In this document: piece by piece, positions 16,354 through 24,429 of the stretch
How positions within the stretch are numbered: the first letter of the stretch is position 1
How the letters are laid out: every line of letters starts with the position of its first letter
From: Bacilli bacterium
GTDB taxonomy: Bacteria; Bacillota; Bacilli; JBOFGC01
Assembly (NCBI GenBank): GCA_051648945.1
Contig: JBOFGC010000414.1
Span: 1-43,965 of the forward strand
Direction of reading: 5' to 3'
Length of the DNA stretch: 43,965 nt
Notes under the pieces: model-generated
The model's input: only the letters and a program-made list of their open reading frames with translations
Databases searched by the model: none
What the model was told of the DNA's origin: nothing
Program-made: the position numbers and the translations under genes

Positions 16354-18177
16354 ATGCCTATTGTTAATAACAGAAGTTTCGTTTATCAAGAAACTCCTAA
16401 TGATTATAGTGATATCAAACAAACGATCAAGGGTCAGCAAATGCTGACTCTTAAAAAGTTCCAGGGTCAATCTCCAACATCAGGAGAAAGTCCTGACTAT
16501 TACGGACAAATCGGGGCGGGTAGTAAGCCTGATGGTTCTCCTACAGTTTGGATTTCAAACGCTGGTCCAAACTCAGTAAACGGATGGGATCAGATTTCAA
16601 CCGGACCTTATAGTGATGAGTTTGCGAATAAAGATAAAGCTAATAACTTTTCTAATCTTAGTCAAACTATTTTGAATAAGCAGATTCCTTATGTGGACCA
16701 AGGTTATATTTCTGTTGATCACGTGCCTATTAAAGGTCAAGGTCATATCTACATCGACGCATCCGTTGTAGACCAACCGCGAGTGCATATCGCTATGGTT
16801 GCAACAGGTGGTGGGTATCAGTGGGTTCAAATTACAGACCACACCGAACTCGATAATATCGCTATGAAAAACACACAGAACAACTTTAAGGATGGAAGAC
16901 AAACTATTATTAATCAGTCTATCGCGTCTATTAATCCTAGTCTTAGTAAGCCGCTAGCTCCTGTTCGTTCAGGCGAGATGTTCTTGAAGAAGGGCGATTC
17001 GACTAAAGGAGAAAAACCTGCGCTTTGGATCTCAACATCCACAGCAACAGGCGCGTTTGAATGGGTTCCAGTTTCGGCTTCGTTGGATCAAGATATCGTT
17101 TATAGAAACGTCAAGAATAACTTCACTGAGTTTAATCAAACTATAGTGGGTAAACAAATCATGTCGTTTGCCTCTAGAGGAGATCAACCGCCATCTGGAT
17201 ATAAGCCGGATTATGATGGTCAGATGTATATCGCGTTCAAAACACTATCGACCGGAACAAAAGACGCGGCCGTTTGGGTAGCAAATGGAAATACGTGGGT
17301 TCCTTTATCCGCAAACTTAGACCCATCAAAAGTTGCAATGAAGGATAAAGAGAATGAATTCACGAACGCGAGTCAGACTATCAAAACTGGAACCGAGTCT
17401 AGTCAGATTACTGGTGCTAGAATTAAATTGGGTGACCAATCCCCAATTGCGGATAGTTCCTATAAAGCTACTATGTTAGGTGAAGTCTGCGTTTATAAAA
17501 ACGATTCCGTCGTTCCTTCTGAAATCTCGGTGTGGTTAGCTATTAGCATTAATCCTAGTCCAACAACAAACGCCGGCGAGTGGACGATGATTTATTCTTC
17601 CAAGATGGATTATACCAAAATGGCAAGAACAGATTTGGGCAACACGTTCGAAAAAGGCCAAAGGATTATTGGAGCCACAAATAAACCTCAGGATGTGGTG
17701 ACTGCTAGATTCGAATATGATGACACTCCTAAAAACAAATACAGAGCACTGAACGTTGGAGAGTTGTTTATTACAGATCAGGAGCAGCCTGGAGGAGCTC
17801 CCGATGAGATTGATGTTTGGATGGCACATAAACCCAACGACCCGTCGTCGTGGGTGAAAATATACGATAAACCAATTGATAAAATTGTTCGTTCTAACGA
17901 AGAAACTTTCTTCACCGACAAATTGTTCTTGGGTGCACCTAGTAACACAAAGAGACTCAGAATAAATGGCGCAAGAGAAGCAAAAGGAACGGTTTATAAC
18001 ACCACGATGCCTTTGCAACTGGGAGAAACTGTGATGTGTGAAGTTGTTGAAGGAAGCAAAACATATATCGTAATCTATATGTGTGCTATGGATCAGAGTT
18101 CAACTCCAGAAGGACAAAAGTCAAGAAAGAATTGGATTGAGATTGGAAGAAGATTAAAATCCGAACTCGTTCATTAA
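16354..18177 (+). CDS. Repeat-array structural protein (607 aa, about 7 units of ~85 aa)
   Basis: Repeated unit: ..(K/R).(x)NNF(T/S)..(Q)TI.G.qi ... PDY.GQ.Y ... .(V/L)W(I/V) ... W..(I/L/V)(S/Y). It is paralogous to the next ORF and has an AAGGAAG SD. Confidence 0.8.
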   Translation: MPIVNNRSFVYQETPNDYSDIKQTIKGQQMLTLKKFQGQSPTSGESPDYYGQIGAGSKPDGSPTVWISNAGPNSVNGWDQISTGPYSDEFANKDKANNFSNLSQTILNKQIPYVDQGYISVDHVPIKGQGHIYIDASVVDQPRVHIAMVATGGGYQWVQITDHTELDNIAMKNTQNNFKDGRQTIINQSIASINPSLSKPLAPVRSGEMFLKKGDSTKGEKPALWISTSTATGAFEWVPVSASLDQDIVYRNVKNNFTEFNQTIVGKQIMSFASRGDQPPSGYKPDYDGQMYIAFKTLSTGTKDAAVWVANGNTWVPLSANLDPSKVAMKDKENEFTNASQTIKTGTESSQITGARIKLGDQSPIADSSYKATMLGEVCVYKNDSVVPSEISVWLAISINPSPTTNAGEWTMIYSSKMDYTKMARTDLGNTFEKGQRIIGATNKPQDVVTARFEYDDTPKNKYRALNVGELFITDQEQPGGAPDEIDVWMAHKPNDPSSWVKIYDKPIDKIVRSNEETFFTDKLFLGAPSNTKRLRINGAREAKGTVYNTTMPLQLGETVMCEVVEGSKTYIVIYMCAMDQSSTPEGQKSRKNWIEIGRRLKSELVH

Positions 18178-18194
18178 TGGTTAAAGGAATAATC

Positions 18195-19697
18195 ATGCCA
18201 TACGATAAGAGTGTTGTTTATAGAGAGACTCCTAATAATTTCACAGACGTCCATCAGATGATGGGCGGTTCTCAAATTGTCTCTATTAAAATATTTGCTG
18301 GACCAGGACCAGATAAAAGTCCCGATTATTTGGGACAACTTGGAATGCATATGAAAAACGACGGTAGCGTTGTTTTATGGGTTTCTAGAATGTTTAAAGG
18401 GTATCTGGACTGGGATATTGTCTCCAGTCCAACCGATCTACCACTTCCAGATAACGCGGTTAGAGAGGATTCGGATAATGAATTTAGTGTGTATGAGCAA
18501 AAGATTCAAGGTTCTCAGATCGCATCGGTGACTCACGGAACACATGCCGCGGACAAGGAACCTATTAAAGGGGAGGGTCATATCTACGTCCGAGATAATG
18601 AATACACTCCAGAGGTGTATGTTGCGTTTAACAAATCATCCGGGTTGGATTGGACCAGAGTTGCGAATCACGAGATACTAGATAGTATTGTTTATAGAGA
18701 TTTATCGAACAACTTCACAGACGATGCACAGACTATCAATGGAGTTCCGATTGGTACAGTATCGACCAGTATACTAGACCCAGTTGCTTCCAAAATTGAA
18801 CCTGCTCGTTCTGGTGAGATTTGGATTCAATCTAGCAAGGCAACTACCACTAGATTCCCTCGTATGTGGATATCGAAGGACCTGTCGATTCCAGACGTAT
18901 CCCACTGGGAAGAGATTAGTTCTTCTGCTGGAGGAGTTCCAGCTAACGTAGCTATAACAGATAAGCCTAATAATTTCACAAATCTAAAACAAGAGATCAA
19001 CGGCAAGCGAGTTCTATCGTTCGTGGATGGAGGAGATAAAACTCCAGAGCAATCTAAGTTATCCGCGGATTACGACGGTCAGTTGTATGTAGCAGTAAGA
19101 GGAGATGACCCTGCGATCTGGATCGCAAAAGGAAATAAGTGGCTGCCTATTCTTTCTAACGTTGTTGTGACGAATAGAGTCAATCGATTCGTTCCTCTTC
19201 AAGAAATGGGAACAGGTAACCGAGTTGTTAGAATCATCGGCGCAAGTCAAGGAACTGTTAATCCACTGAGTGTAAATTTAGTTCCGTTAACAGATGGTGA
19301 AATCTACGTACAGACTATCGACCATCCGACCGGTGGATTTGATAGAAATGTTTGGGTAGCTGCCGAAGGCGGAGACACGACATCTTGGATGAAGGTGTTT
19401 GATGATAAGAATCACACGATAGCAAGAACTAACGAAACTAACCATTTCGAAAATAAAGTTCAATATCTTGGATACGAATCTGATTTGTCTAAAGAGTCTA
19501 TCGTGGGAGCTAGACAATATAATCTCGACAATCCTACATCATCTGATAGTCCCAACAACTATACTCCTCACAGAACAGGAGAAATCATCGTTCTTCAAGA
19601 AGAAGAACAAGGAGAGATGTTCTGGGTTACATACATGGGAATAGTACAAGGAAATAAAAAAGCATGGACTGAACTCAGTCATGTTAAAATTCCGTAA
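18195..19697 (+). CDS. Repeat-array structural protein, paralogue (about 500 aa, about 6 units)
   Basis: MPYDKSVVYRETPNNFTD aligns with MPIVNNRSFVYQETPNDYSD of the previous ORF, and the same repeat unit is used. The ATG at 18195 has an AAAGGA SD. The track start at 18177 forms a TAATG overlap and cannot be excluded. Confidence 0.8.
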   Translation: MPYDKSVVYRETPNNFTDVHQMMGGSQIVSIKIFAGPGPDKSPDYLGQLGMHMKNDGSVVLWVSRMFKGYLDWDIVSSPTDLPLPDNAVREDSDNEFSVYEQKIQGSQIASVTHGTHAADKEPIKGEGHIYVRDNEYTPEVYVAFNKSSGLDWTRVANHEILDSIVYRDLSNNFTDDAQTINGVPIGTVSTSILDPVASKIEPARSGEIWIQSSKATTTRFPRMWISKDLSIPDVSHWEEISSSAGGVPANVAITDKPNNFTNLKQEINGKRVLSFVDGGDKTPEQSKLSADYDGQLYVAVRGDDPAIWIAKGNKWLPILSNVVVTNRVNRFVPLQEMGTGNRVVRIIGASQGTVNPLSVNLVPLTDGEIYVQTIDHPTGGFDRNVWVAAEGGDTTSWMKVFDDKNHTIARTNETNHFENKVQYLGYESDLSKESIVGARQYNLDNPTSSDSPNNYTPHRTGEIIVLQEEEQGEMFWVTYMGIVQGNKKAWTELSHVKIP

Positions 19698-19700
19698 AAT

Positions 19701-19726
19701 AAAAAAGGAGCCTTCGGGCTCCTTTT
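19701..19726. terminator. Bidirectional rho-independent terminator
   Basis: AAAAAA-GGAGCC-TTCG-GGCTCC-TTTT between convergent genes. Confidence 0.85.
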
Positions 19727-19736
19727 GTCATAAATA

Positions 19737-20489
19737 TTAAGATCCTGTAAACGGACCAAATACTTTAATAGGCACACCTTTGCATGTTTTCGTGTCGATC
19801 TGATGTCTATATCCATTTCGACTATCGGTAGCGATTAAACTTGTTGTGCCAAAGAACAATGCCAGTAAAGGAATTGTTACAGGATTTTTTAGCAACTCGG
19901 TCTGAAACGCGACTGGTGTATCTGCGTTGTTTCCTGCTAAAATCTCATTTGCGGCATCGATTGCATCCCAACGAACATGAGCATAAGACAACCCATGAAA
20001 CTCAATCCATTGTGCCTTATATAAAGTATCTGGATTGAAGCCGACAGGAATAACATTCACTGCAACATCGACTTCACCGGACTCGGTTTCCGTGCTGTCT
20101 GTTTCTGTTACTTTGCACTTATACTTTCCAGCGTCGCTTGCCGCGCATTTGTCAATCACTAGACGTTGTGTTGTTTGTCCTGCAATTGCGTTGCCGTCCT
20201 TTGTCCAAGAATAAGTGACGGTTTCCGGATCAGGAATGTCTTCTAGTTTCGCATAAAGTGCGATCTCCGCTCCTACAATCGTGTTGACGCTGGCTGGCTC
20301 AATCGTCACCACTTTCGCACGAGGAATAATAGAGCGCATGTTCAGTTGAGAACTCATTTCTGAAACCATATTATCGATAGTTTTTGATGTGATGTTAACA
20401 CCTAACTCTTCTGCGTATTCTTTCATCGCAACCTTGGCTTTGGCTGTCGATAATAATTTAATTTGTTCAATCCTTTGTAAATCAATCAT
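19737..20489 (-). CDS. Ig-like (I-set type) domain protein, possible Hoc-like capsid decoration protein
   Basis: The central segment TYSWTKDGNAIAGQTTQRLVIDKCAASDAGKYKCKVTE is a classic Ig I-set signature (W..., DxGxYxC). It sits next to gene 24, as hoc does in T4, and has an exact late promoter 34 nt upstream. The capsid-decoration role is inferred. Confidence 0.6.
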   Translation of the reverse strand: MIDLQRIEQIKLLSTAKAKVAMKEYAEELGVNITSKTIDNMVSEMSSQLNMRSIIPRAKVVTIEPASVNTIVGAEIALYAKLEDIPDPETVTYSWTKDGNAIAGQTTQRLVIDKCAASDAGKYKCKVTETDSTETESGEVDVAVNVIPVGFNPDTLYKAQWIEFHGLSYAHVRWDAIDAANEILAGNNADTPVAFQTELLKNPVTIPLLALFFGTTSLIATDSRNGYRHQIDTKTCKGVPIKVFGPFTGS

Positions 20490-20502
20490 GATTTTATTCC
20501 TA

Positions 20503-20510
20503 TATAAATA
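20503..20510 (+). promoter_or_regulatory. T4-type late promoter TATAAATA for gp24
   Basis: Exact TATAAATA 46 nt upstream of the ATG at 20557. Confidence 0.65.
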
Positions 20511-20523
20511 CCATTAGTATATT

Positions 20524-20531
20524 TATTTATA
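20524..20531 (-). promoter_or_regulatory. T4-type late promoter TATAAATA for the Ig-domain gene
   Basis: Plus-strand TATTTATA reads as TATAAATA on the minus strand, 34 nt upstream of the ATG at 20489. It sits back-to-back with the plus-strand box. Confidence 0.6.
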
Positions 20532-20556
20532 ACACCTAATAATGGGACCTTTAACA

Positions 20557-21780
20557 ATGTCTAATATTCTTAACGAGTTGATCCAAGAATCGACTGTATC
20601 TGCCAATATCGACTTAGGACGTCCACAGTTACTTGCATTGACTCGCGCGGTCAACGAGTTGATTTATACGGACTTAGTTGCTATTCAAAAAACAAAAACA
20701 CCAATCGCCACCCTTCTAGGTATGCGCTATAAGAACAGAGATGGAGAGATGACATTCCGTACTCCTGCAACGTATGGCGGCTTGTACGGAGACAGAAGTA
20801 AGGTTACGTTGGAACTATCATCAAATCTTTTATCTTTCGCAAAAGATGACGTGTTCAAATATCAAAGTGTTGTATATCAAGCAATCGAAGCTGTTAATTT
20901 GCAAGATCTTGGCGGCGGCGACGACATTGATAAACAACTAGCACTTGCTTTGATGATAAATAAAGTTCGTATCATGTCGGACGCAGGCGAAACTGGAACA
21001 ATGGAATACATTGAGCCTTCTGAGTCTATGTTAACAATCAACCGTTGGAAAATCGAAGCTAAGACAAGAAAGTTGAAATCTGAAGTATCTCACGAATTCA
21101 TTCAAGACTTAAAAGCAAATGGCCTGGACGCTGATAACGTGATCAGACAAATGCTGGCACATGAGATCGCAGATGAAATAAATAGAGATGTTATGCAGAA
21201 ATTGCAGACTGTATCCATTCGTCATGTTTCTCCAACAACTGCTTCTGGCATTTATTTCGCTGGCGGATCGACTGATGACCCTATCAAAGGTCGTACACTG
21301 TACCGTATTGTTGCTGAAATGGCAAGACAATTGCAGTCAGAAACGTCGTTTGATGCAACTTATGTTCTTTGTTCACCTAGAGTTGCAGGATTACTGACAT
21401 CATCTGGATGGTTGAAGGGCGATCCTACAATGCGTAGATTGTATGCAGGAACGTTAACAGATGGTCTGAAAGTTTATGTAGATACTGTGTCTAGATTTGA
21501 TTATCTGGTAGTAGGAACAAAACAAACGATGGACGAACTGGAATCTATCGGTTCTCTATTCTACACTCCTTACGTCGAACAAGACGATGTAGGATTTACG
21601 ATTGTAAATAGTCCAGAAGATTTACAACCTCGTTATATGTGTATGGCTCGTTATGGATTATCCGTTAACCCATACACAACATCAACAGAAAATGAACAAA
21701 TCAACGCCGGTGATAACTGGAACGAATTGGCTGGTAAGTCAAAGTACAGTCGTTTCGTCGGTGTAGTGTTCGGTAGTTAA
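20557..21780 (+). CDS. 24: Capsid vertex protein (T4 gp24 homologue)
   Basis: MSNILNELIQEST...GRPQLLALTRA...LIY.D.VA.Q.T..P aligns with the T4 gp24 N-terminus (MAKINELLREST..GRPNLVALTRA). Further matches include INRWK.EAK.RKLK, LYRIV.EM, SGWLK and RYGLSVNPYT. The track start at 20542 lacks an SD. Confidence 0.9.
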   Translation: MSNILNELIQESTVSANIDLGRPQLLALTRAVNELIYTDLVAIQKTKTPIATLLGMRYKNRDGEMTFRTPATYGGLYGDRSKVTLELSSNLLSFAKDDVFKYQSVVYQAIEAVNLQDLGGGDDIDKQLALALMINKVRIMSDAGETGTMEYIEPSESMLTINRWKIEAKTRKLKSEVSHEFIQDLKANGLDADNVIRQMLAHEIADEINRDVMQKLQTVSIRHVSPTTASGIYFAGGSTDDPIKGRTLYRIVAEMARQLQSETSFDATYVLCSPRVAGLLTSSGWLKGDPTMRRLYAGTLTDGLKVYVDTVSRFDYLVVGTKQTMDELESIGSLFYTPYVEQDDVGFTIVNSPEDLQPRYMCMARYGLSVNPYTTSTENEQINAGDNWNELAGKSKYSRFVGVVFGS

Positions 21781-21800
21781 AAACAAAAATAGGACTTAAT

Positions 21801-22220
21801 ATGACAAGTAAAATTGTTGACAAGGAAGTCCTAGAAACCCAGGAAGGGATTGAAACATCGGCCGAAAAGCCAAAGCGCAAGACTCGCGCACCTAAAATTG
21901 ATTCTCGTGATGAACCAGTCGATCCTCCAATTGACCCGCCGGTGGAGCCGCCTGTAGTTCCTGAAGAACCAATTCGTATCGACGTTCCGTTTAATGTGAT
22001 GAACGCAATCTTAGCAGAAGTTACTGCTGGCAAAACAATCACAGAAGCGGTTAAAGTCGATTCCCGTGTTGCTACGCTATTTGCAGATCATCCTTATATC
22101 ATCGCCCGAGAATCTCGTAACTCGTTTTTCTATGCGCTGAAAGAGGGTGTTGAGCCTAAAGCTACTCGGTCATATGATGGTGTTTGGTCACAACCAGTAT
22201 CGTATGCACTAGACAAATAA
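21801..22220 (+). CDS. Hypothetical protein with a Pro-rich linker (139 aa)
   Basis: SD is TAGGAC. The protein has a charged N-terminus, then DPPIDPPVEPPVVPEEP, then a folded C-terminal half. It is the last gene of the late block, and I recognise no family. Confidence 0.55.
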   Translation: MTSKIVDKEVLETQEGIETSAEKPKRKTRAPKIDSRDEPVDPPIDPPVEPPVVPEEPIRIDVPFNVMNAILAEVTAGKTITEAVKVDSRVATLFADHPYIIARESRNSFFYALKEGVEPKATRSYDGVWSQPVSYALDK

Positions 22221-22223
22221 AAC

Positions 22224-22248
22224 AAAGGAGCCTTCGGGCTCCTTTTTT
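22224..22248. terminator. Bidirectional rho-independent terminator
   Basis: AAA-GGAGCC-TTCG-GGCTCC-TTTTTT between convergent genes. Confidence 0.85.
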
Positions 22249-22250
22249 AA

Positions 22251-22829
22251 TTACATAAACAAACTCAAGTCGGTTTCTCCTAGTCCACACACTTTCATGA
22301 TGAACTCACGATCGATTGGGTCTGATATATTATACACGGGAATATCACGCTTAACCGAAATATTAACCGCAGTACGGGTCCCTCCTTTCACCGAACGTCC
22401 ACTCTTGGGAGCATAACAAACGACTAGATCGACTGGAGTGTTCAGGTCGTGTCCTAGAACTTGAAAGCAATTCCGTGTATGTGCCGCTCGTGCGAATCCA
22501 CTTAGTGGCCAATTAGGATGAATCTTTGAAATAATACTTTCTGCTTCGTCGATTAAATCTTCGTGATAATCCTGTAGTGTGTAATATTCTTCCCAATCTG
22601 GTCGACTGTTGAATCCACTATACGGTAAAATTATATTCGATAAATGCGTTGCGGATTGTTGTTGATACGCTAGTTCCGCCGCCGTGTCTGAACCATTAGC
22701 TCCACCAGAGAATAACTGGGTACCGTTTAACGCGAACTTAGTCGCGATATTAAACAAGTCGCGGTACCGTTCAACTGGGAGCACTCGGCTCCCAATAATA
22801 GCAACGCGTTTGATGTCACTTAGTTGCAT
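22251..22829 (-). CDS. DprA/Smf-like (SLOG superfamily) Rossmann-fold protein
   Basis: VAIIGSR..., SGGANGSDTAAE (DprA: GGA.GID..AH) and a C-terminal segment APKSGRSVKGGTRTAVNISVKRDIPVY (DprA: SGSLITA..A.E.GR.VFA.P). The start is placed at MQLSDIK (22829) rather than the track start. Confidence 0.55.
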   Translation of the reverse strand: MQLSDIKRVAIIGSRVLPVERYRDLFNIATKFALNGTQLFSGGANGSDTAAELAYQQQSATHLSNIILPYSGFNSRPDWEEYYTLQDYHEDLIDEAESIISKIHPNWPLSGFARAAHTRNCFQVLGHDLNTPVDLVVCYAPKSGRSVKGGTRTAVNISVKRDIPVYNISDPIDREFIMKVCGLGETDLSLFM

Positions 22830-23136
22830 ACAGATTCCGTAGCATGTCTGCCATTGTTCCGGTAGCTTCTTCGTATCGCTGAGTTTTCTTTGGAGCACTC
22901 ACGACCTTTTCTTTCTTGACGACAGGCTTCTTAACCACTATCGTTTGTTTGCGATGACGAACACGACTTTTCAAATGCGAACGAATAATATCCAGGTCTT
23001 CGTCAGACGCGCCGTACGGTTCAATGATCGCAGCAACGAGTTTGTCGTCGTGATCGTTCTCGCGGTCTAGAATCATAGATAGTTGAACTACTTTATCTTT
23101 ACCCAGTTTCTCGCCTAGTACTTTAATATCGGTCAT
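22816..23136 (-). CDS. Hypothetical protein with a Lys-rich C-terminus
   Basis: ORF in the operon. The ATG at 23136 forms a TAATG overlap with the stop of the HD gene. I recognise no family. Confidence 0.5.
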   Translation of the reverse strand: MTDIKVLGEKLGKDKVVQLSMILDRENDHDDKLVAAIIEPYGASDEDLDIIRSHLKSRVRHRKQTIVVKKPVVKKEKVVSAPKKTQRYEEATGTMADMLRNLYATK

Positions 23137-23603
23137 TAGTTCCATCCCATTTGAGTCATTACGTTAACGATTGTCATGTGCGCTTGGTGATACCATTGCA
23201 TGCGTTTAAGATCTTTTTCTGTCAGTCCTTTCAATCGTCGAATGTCGCTATTATGACGTAAGTCTGCCAGTTTTACAATACACGCGTCTCGATTTTGCAA
23301 CACACGGTTCAAACTTTCTTCTTTCTTTTCGCCTGGTCGTTTTGTTACAGCATCAACCCCAACAACAACACGTTCGCTGAATCCAAATCGTCGTAGATCC
23401 TCTAACGATACTGGAGTGTCCTCCACGACATCATGCAGAATCGCGATTGTCATGATCTCGCAATCGTCGGAACGGGTGTATCGCATCACCTTCAGAGGAT
23501 GAAGAAAGTAAGGATTGCCTCCTTTGTCAAATTGGTTCATATGTTCGTTTGCTGCAATCGAGAATGCTAGTGCAAGCATTCGTGCGTTGTTGTCTGTGTG
23601 CAT
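23136..23603 (-). CDS. Small alarmone hydrolase, RelA/SpoT-type HD domain ((p)ppGpp/(p)ppApp hydrolase-like)
   Basis: GNPYFLHPLKV...IAILHDVVEDT...VKLADLRHN reproduces the SpoT hydrolase motifs (H.., HD, ED, ADR.HN) in a 155-aa single-domain protein. It has a strong SD, GAGGAG. Confidence 0.85.
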   Translation of the reverse strand: MHTDNNARMLALAFSIAANEHMNQFDKGGNPYFLHPLKVMRYTRSDDCEIMTIAILHDVVEDTPVSLEDLRRFGFSERVVVGVDAVTKRPGEKKEESLNRVLQNRDACIVKLADLRHNSDIRRLKGLTEKDLKRMQWYHQAHMTIVNVMTQMGWN

Positions 23604-23628
23604 GATGTCTCCTCTTCAATATGTAGCT

Positions 23629-23656
23629 AGTATATACCTATCGATTTTTATGTCAA
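23629..23656 (-). promoter_or_regulatory. Sigma70-type early promoter (TTGACA-16-TATACT)
   Basis: On the minus strand, TTGACA lies at 23656-23651 and TATACT at 23634-23629. The promoter sits immediately downstream of a terminator and 25 nt upstream of the ATG at 23603. Confidence 0.65.
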
Positions 23657-23683
23657 CAAAAAAGGAGCCCGAAGGCTCCTTTT
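23657..23683 (-). terminator. Rho-independent terminator
   Basis: GGAGCC-TTCG-GGCTCC (minus-strand reading) followed by TTTTTT, abutting the stop of the 231-aa gene. Confidence 0.8.
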
Positions 23684-24377
23684 ATTTCAGAATAATATAT
23701 GTAGAGTTCATCGACTCGCGGACGACAACCTCGCCATTCTTTTGAATGTAGTAAATCAGGGACATCAACTCTTGATGGTATTTGTTACTATGTGCGGCGA
23801 TTTTCCACATAGAGCCTAGTTTAACGATCTCGTCGATAATCCAGTATCCTATTGTGGTGCACTCTCGACCGTCCGGCGTGCGCATCGACAGTTCGAATGA
23901 AGGTCTGAACATATCATTAAGGATAACGTCTCCAGACGACGCTGCTGAAACCTCAACACTGATCTCTTTCGCTTTGGTCGCACCAATATGTGTGCTGATT
24001 AATTTCGCGGGCACGATAGGAGCTACGTCCATATCGGCGACTTCTTTGGCAGAGTATTCTCCTTTCTCGTCGTTGACATTAGGTAGATTCAGCTTAGGCT
24101 GATAGCTGATAATCGACTTATCGCCATTCATGATATCGTGAGGAGTAACGTTAGTTCGCTTGAATCCCGCTGCCTTTAGTTTTTCCATCGCGATTTCTTC
24201 TTCGCGTTTCTTGGCAATCCGCTCTTCCGCGACGCGTGCAATACGATCAAACGAATAGTTTTTAGGCGCGGTCACTTCAAATTCAGTTTCAATATATTCG
24301 AGTAACGCGTTTTTCGCTTCCTCTTTAGATGGAATCTTTTTCAGTAGTGCAACTTTATCATAATCTAAAAATGACAT
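23682..24377 (-). CDS. Hypothetical protein (231 aa)
   Basis: AAGGA SD and its own downstream terminator. I recognise no family. Confidence 0.55.
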   Translation of the reverse strand: MSFLDYDKVALLKKIPSKEEAKNALLEYIETEFEVTAPKNYSFDRIARVAEERIAKKREEEIAMEKLKAAGFKRTNVTPHDIMNGDKSIISYQPKLNLPNVNDEKGEYSAKEVADMDVAPIVPAKLISTHIGATKAKEISVEVSAASSGDVILNDMFRPSFELSMRTPDGRECTTIGYWIIDEIVKLGSMWKIAAHSNKYHQELMSLIYYIQKNGEVVVRESMNSTYIILK

Positions 24378-24398
24378 TATAAATCCTTATAAAATAGT

Positions 24399-24420
24399 GA
24401 AGCGCCAATCAAGGCGCTTC
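24399..24420 (-). terminator. Hairpin, possible terminator
   Basis: GAAGCGCC-N6-GGCGCTTC followed on the minus strand by ACTATTTTAT. Confidence 0.45.
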
Positions 24421-24429
24421 TTGTATTTA

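Noticed and set aside
17536-18018. 160-aa minus-strand ORF and other antisense ORFs within the fibre genes (for example 8356-8559, 9132-9404, 10933-11947, 16597-16902, 19059-19517)
   Set aside because: They are embedded antisense in long ORFs supported by repeat structure and paralogy. They lack SDs and show no conservation signal such as paralogue matching.
5823-20541. Looked for a homing endonuclease or intron (T4 has segD between genes 23 and 24) and for transposase or integrase genes flanking the fibre cluster
   Set aside because: No GIY-YIG, HNH, LAGLIDADG, transposase or integrase-like ORF was seen, and no terminal inverted or direct repeats bound the cluster.
21701-22042. 113-aa minus-strand ORF with GGSTGGSIGGSTGSS
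   Set aside because: It is the antisense image of the Pro-rich linker (DPPIDPPVEPP) of the plus-strand 139-aa gene and also overlaps the gp24 3' end. It has no SD.
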